Origin: Bacteroidaceae bacterium
GTDB taxonomy: Bacteria; Bacteroidota; Bacteroidia; Bacteroidales; Bacteroidaceae
DNA: 64,000 nt
Assembly (NCBI GenBank): GCA_017621515.1
Contig: JAGASY010000008.1
Coordinates: 8,759-72,758, forward strand
Direction: 5' to 3'
Of the stretch, positions 56,139-64,000 are shown piece by piece (positions within the stretch are counted from its first letter, which is position 1; each line of letters starts with the position of its first letter). Under the pieces are notes generated by a model, which was given only the letters and a program-made list of their open reading frames with translations, was not told the origin of the DNA and ran no database searches. Position numbers and translations under genes: made by a program.

Positions 56139-57230
56139 TTATTTAACGATTCCTTTTTCGAGATATTCGGCAAGGTTGGTACGTATGCGGTCTGTAGCTT
56201 TCTCTACGGCAACCTTTGCCATGTCGTGCTCAACCATAATCTTTACAAGCTCCTCGAAAGAAGTCTTTGCAGGGTCCCAGCCCAATTGCTCTTTTGCCTT
56301 GGTAGGGTCGCCCCAGAGATTTACCACATCGGTAGGACGATAGAAGTCCGGTGATACCTCTACCAGCACCTTGCCTGTAGCCTTGTCATATCCCTTTTCG
56401 TCCATGCCTTCTCCCTTGAACTCAAGTTCGATGCCGGCATGTTTGAAGGCATAATAACAGAACTCACGCACTGAGTGCTGCACTCCTGTAGCGATAACGA
56501 AGTCTTCTGGCTTCTCGTTCTGAAGGATAAGCCACATACATTCCACATAGTCTTTGGCATATCCCCAGTCGCGAAGGCTCGACAAGTTTCCGAGATATAG
56601 TTTCTCTTGCTTTCCCTGTGCGATACGTGCAGCGGCAAGCGTGATTTTGCGGGTTACGAATGTCTCTCCTCTGCGCTCGCTCTCATGGTTGAAGAGTATG
56701 CCAGAGCAGCAGAACATGTTGTATGCCTCACGATATTCTTTTACAATCCAGAAACCATAAAGCTTGGCTACAGCATACGGACTGTAAGGATGGAACGGAG
56801 TCTTCTCGTTCTGAGGCACTTCTTCCACCTTGCCGTAAAGCTCAGATGTCGAAGCTTGGTATATGCGACATGTTGAGGCAAGTCCGCAGATACGTACAGC
56901 TTCCAGCACACGAAGAACACCTGTGGCATCGACGTCGGCGGTAAACTCCGGTGAGTCGAAACTTACCTGCACATGGCTCTGTGCTGCCAGATTGTAAATC
57001 TCGTCAGGACGTACTTTGCTGACAACCTGCAACATGCTCATTGAGTCGCTGAGGTCAGCATAATGTAAATGAAAATGCGGCTTACCTTCGAGGTGGGCGA
57101 TTCTTTCACGAAAATCTACTGAAGAACGACGTATGGTTCCATGTACGTCATACCCCTTTTCTAATAAGAACTCGGCAAGATAAGAGCCGTCTTGTCCGGT
57201 AACACCGGTAATTAATGCAACTTTTCCCAT
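56139..57230 (-). CDS. gmd: GDP-mannose 4,6-dehydratase
   Basis: 363 aa. [41 protein letters not shown]. Confidence 0.95.
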   Translation of the reverse strand: MGKVALITGVTGQDGSYLAEFLLEKGYDVHGTIRRSSVDFRERIAHLEGKPHFHLHYADLSDSMSMLQVVSKVRPDEIYNLAAQSHVQVSFDSPEFTADVDATGVLRVLEAVRICGLASTCRIYQASTSELYGKVEEVPQNEKTPFHPYSPYAVAKLYGFWIVKEYREAYNMFCCSGILFNHESERRGETFVTRKITLAAARIAQGKQEKLYLGNLSSLRDWGYAKDYVECMWLILQNEKPEDFVIATGVQHSVREFCYYAFKHAGIELEFKGEGMDEKGYDKATGKVLVEVSPDFYRPTDVVNLWGDPTKAKEQLGWDPAKTSFEELVKIMVEHDMAKVAVEKATDRIRTNLAEYLEKGIVK

Positions 57231-57542
57231 AAAAAATTATATAATAATATGTAATGATATCAAAGCACTTACTACTACATATATAAATCCCTCTGCAAAT
57301 ATACGCTATTTTTGATTACTGCCCAAGTTGGGAGGCTATTTATCGCATTACGGCCCGCACTCTGTTGATATTGACATCGACATTAGCACCAATATGAGGA
57401 GCATGTAAAAAAATTGTATATCTTTGCACCACAGAGACTATGGCAAGGGAATGATTTATGCTCTGTGAATCTTTTTTCTCAATAGACAGACGATTTTCTT
57501 CCTTGTAATCTTCATTTCAAATTAAACTAATAAATCAGGTTT

Positions 57543-59894
57543 ATGAAAGCAAAAGTTACCGCTCTATTTATCTGCCTCACCTGCACTTTCGGATGCCTTG
57601 GAGCGGCAAATGGCAGCACCACCGCTGCATACAAAGAAGGTTCTTCATCAGGCGATGCGCAGAACGAATGGGAAGCTTTCCGGCTAAGTCAGGTAAGGCT
57701 GCTTCCGAGTCCGTTCCAACATGCGCAGCAATTAGACGCAAAATGGCTGTTGAGTTTGGAGCCTGACCGACTGCTGCACCGGTTTCACAAGAATGCGGGA
57801 CTGCAACCTAAAGGCGAGAACTATGGTGGATGGGAACAGCACAGAGGAGGCGGCAGAGGGCTGGGGCACTATATGTCTGCTTGCGCCATGATGTGGGCAT
57901 CGACAGGCAATCCGGAGTTCAAGCAGCGGACTGACTATGTGGTCAACGAGCTGGAGGCATGTCAAAAAGCAGGAGGAACAGGCTATATAGGCAGTGTAGA
58001 AGACAGCATTTGGACACAAGTGGGCAACGGTGATATCCGTTCTACTGGCTTTGATCTTAATGGTGGGATTGTGCCGTGGTTCATTCTCCACAAATCTTTT
58101 GCTGGACTATATGATATATATGTTTATACGGGAAACGAGAAAGCGAAGACAGTTCTCGTGAACTTGTGCGATTGGGCATATCGCCAATTCCAAAACCTGA
58201 ACGAGGAGCAGTGGCAACAGATTTTAGCTTGTGAACACGGTGGAATGTTAGAGGTTTTGGCGAATGTTTATTCCATCACAGGCGACAAGAAATATCTTGA
58301 AATGAGCCATTGGTTCGATCACAAGCAATTCTTCACTCCTCTGTCTCACCAAGTGGATTCACTGGCGGGGTTACATGCCAACACTCAGATTCCCAAAGTG
58401 GTAGGACTGGAAAGAAGGCATCAGCTGACGCACAGCGATGATGACAAAATAAAATCGCATTTCTTTTGGGAAACCGTTGTGGAGAACCACACTTACTGTA
58501 TCGGAGGAAACGGTGACGGTGAGCATTTCGGACCAAAAGGAATACTGTCGAATAGATTAAGTGACAGAACGGCTGAGACATGCAATACCTACAACATGCT
58601 GAAGCTGACCAAGATGCTGCTTACCGAGACCGGCGAAACGAAATATGGCGACTATTATGAGCTGGCTCTGTACAATCATATTCTGGCTTCGCAACATCAG
58701 GAAACAGGAATGACCACTTACTATGTCCCGCTGGTGGCCGGTGGCAAGAGAGGCTACAGCAGTGCTTTCGAGACATTCACATGCTGCGTGGGAACGGGAT
58801 TTGAAAACCATGCACGATATGGAGAAGCCATTTATTTCAAAGGGCATAAGAACAAGCTGATGGTGAATCTGTACATTCCGTCCGTACTGACATGGGACGA
58901 GACCGGTATGACCATCCGGCAGGAAGGAAGCTTCGAGAAGGACGGCAAGGTGAGGTTTACAATCGACTCGTCAAAGCCTCAAAAAGCAGCTTTGCTCTTC
59001 AGAATGCCTTATTGGACAACGGCAAAGACTGTGGTAAAAGTGAACGGAAAGAAAATCGACAAACCGGTCTGTCCGAGAACATATTTTGAAATCAGCAGAA
59101 AATGGAAAAAGAACGACTGCGTTGAAATCCTTTTTGATATGCCTCTATACACGGAACCGATTCCGGGCAATCCGAACAGGGTGGCAATAAAGTACGGACC
59201 GCTGGTGTTGGCGGGTAATTTGGGCGACAAGAAGATTGACTCCGTGAAGGACATTCCGGTACTTGTCGTCGATGACAAACCGGTGGGCGAATGGGCTGCC
59301 AGAGTTTCCGACGACAGTGTGTTGTTCAGAACTCAGAATATAGGAGAAGAGTCGGACATCACTTTAGCTCCTTTTTATTCTTTGTATAAAGAACGGTATA
59401 TAGTCTATTTCGATGTCTTCGACAGAGAAACTTGGAAAAAGAAGGAACAGGCATACCGGGATTTTCTCCAAGAACAGGAAGAACTGAAAAAAAGAACTGT
59501 TGATTTCATCCGTTTGGGCGAAATGGAACCGGAGAGGGAACACAATTTGAGAGGAAAAGACACAGCTGTCGGAGAGTTTATAGGACAGAAGTTCAGGCTC
59601 ACTTGGAACAACGGCTGGTTTGCATTCGACATGAATGTCGTTGACTCCGCTCCTTTGAAACTGGTGGCCACTTTCTGCGGAAGCGATAGCGAGTCGTGTT
59701 CTTTCGACATTTATGTGGATGACAATCTGTTAAAAACAATCACACTGAAAGCGCAAAAGTCTGAAGACTCTTACGATATGAAGATAGACATTCCTGCAGA
59801 ATATATTAAGGGTAAAAACCATGTGAACATCAAATTCAAGTCTCATAAGGACAGAATGGTAGGAAGAGTTTTCGGGGTTAGAATCGTAAGATAG
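57543..59894 (+). CDS. Glycoside hydrolase family 127 (DUF1680, beta-L-arabinofuranosidase-like) protein
   Basis: 783 aa. Signal peptide, ETCNTYNMLKL, and the FTCCVGTGFENH Cys-rich Zn/catalytic region characteristic of GH127. Confidence 0.85.
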   Translation: MKAKVTALFICLTCTFGCLGAANGSTTAAYKEGSSSGDAQNEWEAFRLSQVRLLPSPFQHAQQLDAKWLLSLEPDRLLHRFHKNAGLQPKGENYGGWEQHRGGGRGLGHYMSACAMMWASTGNPEFKQRTDYVVNELEACQKAGGTGYIGSVEDSIWTQVGNGDIRSTGFDLNGGIVPWFILHKSFAGLYDIYVYTGNEKAKTVLVNLCDWAYRQFQNLNEEQWQQILACEHGGMLEVLANVYSITGDKKYLEMSHWFDHKQFFTPLSHQVDSLAGLHANTQIPKVVGLERRHQLTHSDDDKIKSHFFWETVVENHTYCIGGNGDGEHFGPKGILSNRLSDRTAETCNTYNMLKLTKMLLTETGETKYGDYYELALYNHILASQHQETGMTTYYVPLVAGGKRGYSSAFETFTCCVGTGFENHARYGEAIYFKGHKNKLMVNLYIPSVLTWDETGMTIRQEGSFEKDGKVRFTIDSSKPQKAALLFRMPYWTTAKTVVKVNGKKIDKPVCPRTYFEISRKWKKNDCVEILFDMPLYTEPIPGNPNRVAIKYGPLVLAGNLGDKKIDSVKDIPVLVVDDKPVGEWAARVSDDSVLFRTQNIGEESDITLAPFYSLYKERYIVYFDVFDRETWKKKEQAYRDFLQEQEELKKRTVDFIRLGEMEPEREHNLRGKDTAVGEFIGQKFRLTWNNGWFAFDMNVVDSAPLKLVATFCGSDSESCSFDIYVDDNLLKTITLKAQKSEDSYDMKIDIPAEYIKGKNHVNIKFKSHKDRMVGRVFGVRIVR

Positions 59895-60085
59895 TTTAGA
59901 AATTGTTTTAAAATGATTCGTTATAGTTATGTGGATGTCTTCGACAGACTCCTCCGTCGCTACGCGCCACCTCCCCTGTTAGGGAAGGTGGTGTGGTAGC
60001 GACGGAGGGGGCTGTTGAAGACATTTGCTTAATCTGTTGAAGACATCCACGTAACTATAACGAATCATTTTTAACCAGTTTCTAA
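59894..60085. repeat. Nested REP-like palindrome cluster of about 190 bp directly after the GH127 stop
   Basis: Outer arms are GTTTAGAAATTGTTTTAAAATGATTCGTTATAGTTATGTGGATGTCTTC / GAAGACATCCACGTAACTATAACGAATCATTTTTAACCAGTTTCTAA. Inner arms are CCTCCGTCGCTAC..CACCTCCC / GGAAGGTGGTGTGGTAGCGACGGAGG. Confidence 0.85.
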
Positions 60086-60173
60086 TATATCTATAAAGCA
60101 TATTATATGTTGCCATAATTTAGTTCCCCATAAAAAAATTTTTGATATCGTTTTTTTGAGGGGTATTCGAATT

Positions 60174-60917
60174 TGACAAAATGACAACATATTTAATTGT
60201 TCTGGTTTCTAAATTTCTGATTTTATACTATTAATCTGTCTTTTTGATTTTGTCAAATGTTAAAAAATCAAGCCCTCTGGAACGCTCCAAAATGAGGCAT
60301 GTCGAACTTTTCTTGAAGAATGGGGATTCTACGCGCATTTTCTGAAGGCTCTGCAAAATGTGAAATAGTGTTTCGTCTTGGAGCAGTTCTTTTACATTTA
60401 TTTATTTCCGGCAAAGAGTATTTGGAAAAAAAGTACTAAGTTCTCAAAATTCCAGCGCACTGTCGTCAAATTTTCAGCGCACTGCAATTTTATTTGCAGC
60501 GCAGTAGAAATTTTCTCACTGTGCGCTGAAAAAATAAAAACAGCGTGCTGAAAATAAAATTGCAGTGGGAAGTGGAGAAAAAGACAGTTTGTTTCGGTTG
60601 AAATGTTAAGAAGTGTATAATTCGTGGCATGGGAGGAGTGTTTGAACAAAAACTGAAAAGTGAGTGGATTTGAAGCGGTGTTTGGGTATGGAAACGGTGA
60701 GATTAGTTGTAAGATATTAATAATCAATATATTACTAAAATACGCGAAAATCTCGAAAAATTGCCTCCGGCGCGCTTTTTTGAGTTTTTTGAGAATTTTT
60801 ATATCCGATTGATTATCAATTAATTATCTTTGAGCCGAAATTTTTGTCTCTTTATCCCCGGCAAAAAATCATCCGAAGTGTTAAATTTTTATTTTGGGCG
60901 AAAATATCATTTTGTCA
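60174..60917 (-). repeat. Copy E of the 742-744 bp ORF-less modular element
   Basis: Ends are TGACAAAATGACA / TATCATTTTGTCA. The CAGCGCRC array at 60453-60550 has five to six cores. The conserved right-hand block is present. A REP-like half-site at 60950-60969 lies 33 bp outside the left end. Confidence 0.9.
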
Positions 60918-61080
60918 TCTTTAAAAGTGAATTTTTAGCGTGTTTTTTTGTGGATGTGTTGAATATACCACTAAAATTCATGTGGAATTGATTTTCATTG
61001 ACTTTTATCGCAGAAAATCAACTATATTAGAAAATGACGGTACAACTATTTGTTAGGGAAAAGAAAGCCCTAATTTCAAA

Positions 61081-61698
61081 GTGGCCGAATTTGACCACTT
61101 TAGAATGAGTGCAGGTTTGCCGTCTTTTGTGTTGAGTGCTTCGGAGTGGATAGAGCGCACGAATGCAATCGGGATAATAGTGAAGAAAGGTCGTTATGGA
61201 GGCACCTATGCTCATAAGGATATAGCCTTTGAGTTTGGTTCGGCAATAAGTGTGCCGTTCAAACTTTATCTTATCGAGGAATTTCAGCGGTTAAAGACGG
61301 AGGAACAGCGGTTATTGGGTTGGTCAGCGAAACGTGAGCTGTCGAAAATCAACTACCGCATACATACCGATGCCATAAAGCAGAACCTTATCCCTGCAGA
61401 GGTTACTCCGGCACAGGCGAGCGTCATCTATGCCAATGAAGCCGATGTGTTGAATGTGGCGATGTTCGGTGTAACGGCGAAACAATGGCGCGAATCCAAT
61501 CCCGACCTCAAAGGGAACATACGCGACTATGCTACAATCAACGAACTTATCTGCTTGTCAAATATGGAGAACCTCAATGCGGTTTTCATCGAACAAGGAA
61601 TGGCGCAAAGCGAGCGGCTTGTGAAGCTGAATCAGATAGCCATTCATCAGATGAGCGTGCTGGAAAGCGGCGACAACGATAGAAAACTATTGAAATAA
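61081..61698 (+). CDS. C-terminal two-thirds of a KilA-N family protein; the N-terminal KilA-N domain is missing or decayed (possible pseudogene)
   Basis: GRYGGTYAHKDIAFEFGSAISVPFKLYLIEEFQRLK and KINYRIHTDAIKQNLIP match the conserved core of Bacteroidales KilA-N proteins. The ORF starts at GTG, and an in-frame TAG lies at 61054-61056 within upstream sequence that still looks homologous (..SPNFK). Confidence 0.6.
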   Translation: MAEFDHFRMSAGLPSFVLSASEWIERTNAIGIIVKKGRYGGTYAHKDIAFEFGSAISVPFKLYLIEEFQRLKTEEQRLLGWSAKRELSKINYRIHTDAIKQNLIPAEVTPAQASVIYANEADVLNVAMFGVTAKQWRESNPDLKGNIRDYATINELICLSNMENLNAVFIEQGMAQSERLVKLNQIAIHQMSVLESGDNDRKLLK

Positions 61699-61704
61699 TT
61701 GTGC

Positions 61705-62412
61705 ATGGATAGTCACAACAAAATTATACAACAAGTGGCGAATGACGTTTTTTCGCCTATGGGATTTTTCCAGAAAGGAAAATCGAGGACTTGGCTGTAT
61801 GATTGTGGCTATTGCTTTGTTCAAGTTGAATTTCAGCCATCTGCATATTCTCGTGGCTCATTCTGTAACGTCGGAATAGCTTTCCTGTTTGACTATTTTG
61901 GAGGCTTAAATGAAACTCTTGCGTTTGACTTCGGTCGGAAACGAATATTATTAGGCAAGACCGATTTCATTGAGTATACAGGAGATGATGAAATATTTGA
62001 GACCCAAGTATTTCAGTTGGCGAATAACGCCCTAAAATATGCTAAATGGTTGATGAGATTTCAATCGCTCAAATATGGAAATCATTGTATGTCAAGGCTG
62101 ATATTTTCTAAATGGCTGAAAGAATTGCTTGGAAAATGGAATGGTCCGATTTACGATTATTATAATGCCGCAATGATTAAGTTTTTATTAGGAAAACTGG
62201 ATTGCGGAAGAAGATTGATAGAGAAACTTAACAGCCTAAAATTGGAAAGCCCTTTCAAAGAGTGGGCAGAGCATAGTTATTCAGAATTTTGTGATGATGA
62301 GTTAACCGCAGAACAAGCAAGAAATAAAGTGTGCTCAATGATTAATCGACGGCGCAATTATTTTAAGCAAAAAGGTTCATTCAGAAAAATGCCGGACAAG
62401 AATTTCTTATGA
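61705..62412 (+). CDS. Hypothetical protein, DUF4304-like (immunity-protein-like)
   Basis: About 235 aa. The N-terminal pattern (..V..VFSPMGFFQKGKSRTW....GYCFVQVEFQPS) resembles DUF4304. No signal peptide. The family call is from memory. Confidence 0.5.
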   Translation: MDSHNKIIQQVANDVFSPMGFFQKGKSRTWLYDCGYCFVQVEFQPSAYSRGSFCNVGIAFLFDYFGGLNETLAFDFGRKRILLGKTDFIEYTGDDEIFETQVFQLANNALKYAKWLMRFQSLKYGNHCMSRLIFSKWLKELLGKWNGPIYDYYNAAMIKFLLGKLDCGRRLIEKLNSLKLESPFKEWAEHSYSEFCDDELTAEQARNKVCSMINRRRNYFKQKGSFRKMPDKNFL

Positions 62413-62785
62413 AATCATTTTGTTAGCGACTCACGGAATGAGCGGTCTGTGTTGAGATGAATAAAGATGCATCGGACTTTTCAGTGCAATGCGGAGACAA
62501 GTAATTTGATGGTTTGAGTGCCAAAGGCAGTTGTCAAGGAATTGCTTACCACTGCTGAAAATCAACGCTATATCCGATTCAAGGAACAAGCGAGGTACAA
62601 ACTACGTTAATTAGCAGCCAAAACAGAAGTGAAAAGCAGGGAAATGGGCTGGAACAGCAGAATCACGCTATAAAGGTATATTATTTCAGGTTTCCCGTTC
62701 AGTTCAAGCACTTTACGTATGGCAACGTAATGGTTTTAGCAAGAATTGTATTAACTTTGTAGATAAAAACTGGATTGATAGTGAG

Positions 62786-63781
62786 ATGACCGACAAGGAA
62801 TACCGTAAAAAGATAGCCGATGTAAGGCGTAGCGTGAGTCATAAGTATGGCTTTCGCCAAAGTTCTTATGTCAACTTCAAAGTAGAGAGCGGTTATTTCT
62901 TCTGTCTGTATTTTCTGACTGGTGACGTCCGGCTCACCGTCAAGCCCATGTATGCAGATGATTTGTGGTGGAATATATGGGATGCCTCGGATAACAAGAA
63001 CGAACCTTTGAGCTTGCGTGGAACAGGAGCTTACTCTCTATCAGGGCAAATCTTAACTTCAGACGAAATAACGAAAGTTGCAGACAAGGGCGAACTCACT
63101 GATATAATTGATGGAATGTTCAAAAATGCAACGGATGCAATATCAAAATTCATAATTGCTAATCCTGATGCAGACACATTTTTTCCTGACGAGTCAAAAA
63201 TGGATTATGACCCCGACCGACTGCTATATCTTATGGCTCTTATCCATAATGGCAAAAAGGAAGATGCTTTGGCAATTATCAAAGAAGCCCGCAAGAATAA
63301 ACATAGATGTATTTTTCAAAGCGGAATGTTCAGCGATAGCTACACATATATCCGCCGTTGGTGCAACCGTGAACAAGCAACCATGCGAATAAGAAATTTA
63401 TTTGCATACCTTTTCAACAATATTGTCCAGATACGTGCATACGCATTGATGGCACTGGGTAGAAATAACAAAAAAGACTCCTTTCCCAGCGTTTATGATA
63501 TCAGGCTCTTGGATGGTGCCATTGTTACGGCATTATGCTTTTCAACAATATTCCTATGGCATAATTTCACGTTGGTGTGGATTATATTTGCTGTTTATTT
63601 TATATTCGTCTGGTTCATGGACTTTGGGAAACGGAGTAAACGATATTATATACGTTTCGGGAATTTACCCGATAAAACAAGATTAAGATGGAAAATCAGT
63701 ATGTGGAGTTTAGTAGTTGCACTCTACATCTATTATTTATTCACAATTATATATTTGTGGGGATATGAAACTGACCGATAG
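62786..63781 (+). CDS. Hypothetical protein with soluble N-terminal domain and C-terminal transmembrane helices
   Basis: 331 aa. The N-terminus (..YGFRQSSYVNFKVESGYFFCLYF) resembles the preceding gene. There are three to four hydrophobic helices in the last 100 aa. Confidence 0.55.
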   Translation: MTDKEYRKKIADVRRSVSHKYGFRQSSYVNFKVESGYFFCLYFLTGDVRLTVKPMYADDLWWNIWDASDNKNEPLSLRGTGAYSLSGQILTSDEITKVADKGELTDIIDGMFKNATDAISKFIIANPDADTFFPDESKMDYDPDRLLYLMALIHNGKKEDALAIIKEARKNKHRCIFQSGMFSDSYTYIRRWCNREQATMRIRNLFAYLFNNIVQIRAYALMALGRNNKKDSFPSVYDIRLLDGAIVTALCFSTIFLWHNFTLVWIIFAVYFIFVWFMDFGKRSKRYYIRFGNLPDKTRLRWKISMWSLVVALYIYYLFTIIYLWGYETDR

Positions 63782-64000
63782 ACGATTTTGGATATGGTTG
63801 GTTGTGATGGCAAATGTGGCTGTTGCATCCGCCCAAACTGTTTTCTCAGTAGAGGAAGTAAGCAGAACTGAATATGCCAAAGCAGAAAAAGAGAGTTCAC
63901 GCTATAATGTAATTCCGGCAGACTCCATTGCCGACAACGAAATTGTGAGTCTGGTGTTAAAAGAATCGCACGCTAAGTTTGAACGGCTTGATTCTGTCAT
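63765..64000 (+). CDS. Hypothetical secreted protein, N-terminal fragment (runs off the window)
   Basis: The ATG at 63765 overlaps the previous stop. MKLTDRRFWIWLVVMANVAVASAQ is signal-peptide-like, and the frame is open to the window end. Confidence 0.4.
   Translation, partial: MKLTDRRFWIWLVVMANVAVASAQTVFSVEEVSRTEYAKAEKESSRYNVIPADSIADNEIVSLVLKESHAKFERLDSV

Noticed and set aside
1-64000. Prophage, ICE or composite transposon explanation for the repeated elements
   Set aside because: No integrase, transposase, relaxase, capsid or tail genes occur anywhere in the window. The genes between copies are ordinary chromosomal housekeeping genes.

Overview
This window looks like a Bacteroidota chromosome segment, probably Prevotella/Segatella-like. 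That placement rests on a SusC/SusD pair, four proteins with T9SS C-terminal sorting domains, TTTG-N19-20-TAnnTTTG promoters and the gene order. It is an inference, not a database result. I support about 47 protein genes, one tRNA-Leu(CAA), and rpmH, which the 60-aa ORF track missed.

Coding content is mostly housekeeping and envelope functions: queE/folE, fhs, an argR-GNAT-argG-pspC-argC-argD operon, dut, dgt, ddl, rluD, efp, fcl/gmd. There is also a small SusC/SusD locus, GH30 and GH127 hydrolases, a glycine-lipid-type acyltransferase pair, a LytS/LytTR two-component pair, a HipBA toxin-antitoxin module, a frameshifted DUF389 gene, and a decayed KilA-N/DUF4304 islet at the right edge. No transposase, integrase, CRISPR array or rRNA is present.

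The most unusual signal is noncoding. An ORF-less modular element of 742-744 bp occurs five times: 5281-6024 (+), 12905-13646 (+), 23333-24074 (-), 37085-37828 (-) and 60174-60917 (-). Each copy has TGACAAAATGATA-type terminal inverted repeats and a central array of CAGCGCRC cores phased at about 21-22 bp. Each also has a near-invariant block of about 125 nt near the right end. The copies are diverged in sequence but conserved in length and architecture. That fits a selected noncoding function (a structured RNA family, a protein-binding array, or an old non-autonomous transposon) better than a recent MITE burst. I cannot assign a function from sequence alone.

A second repeat family is REP-like palindromes of the GGTGTATTCACAGACTCCT type. 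They sit at many gene ends and lie next to the 743-bp elements.
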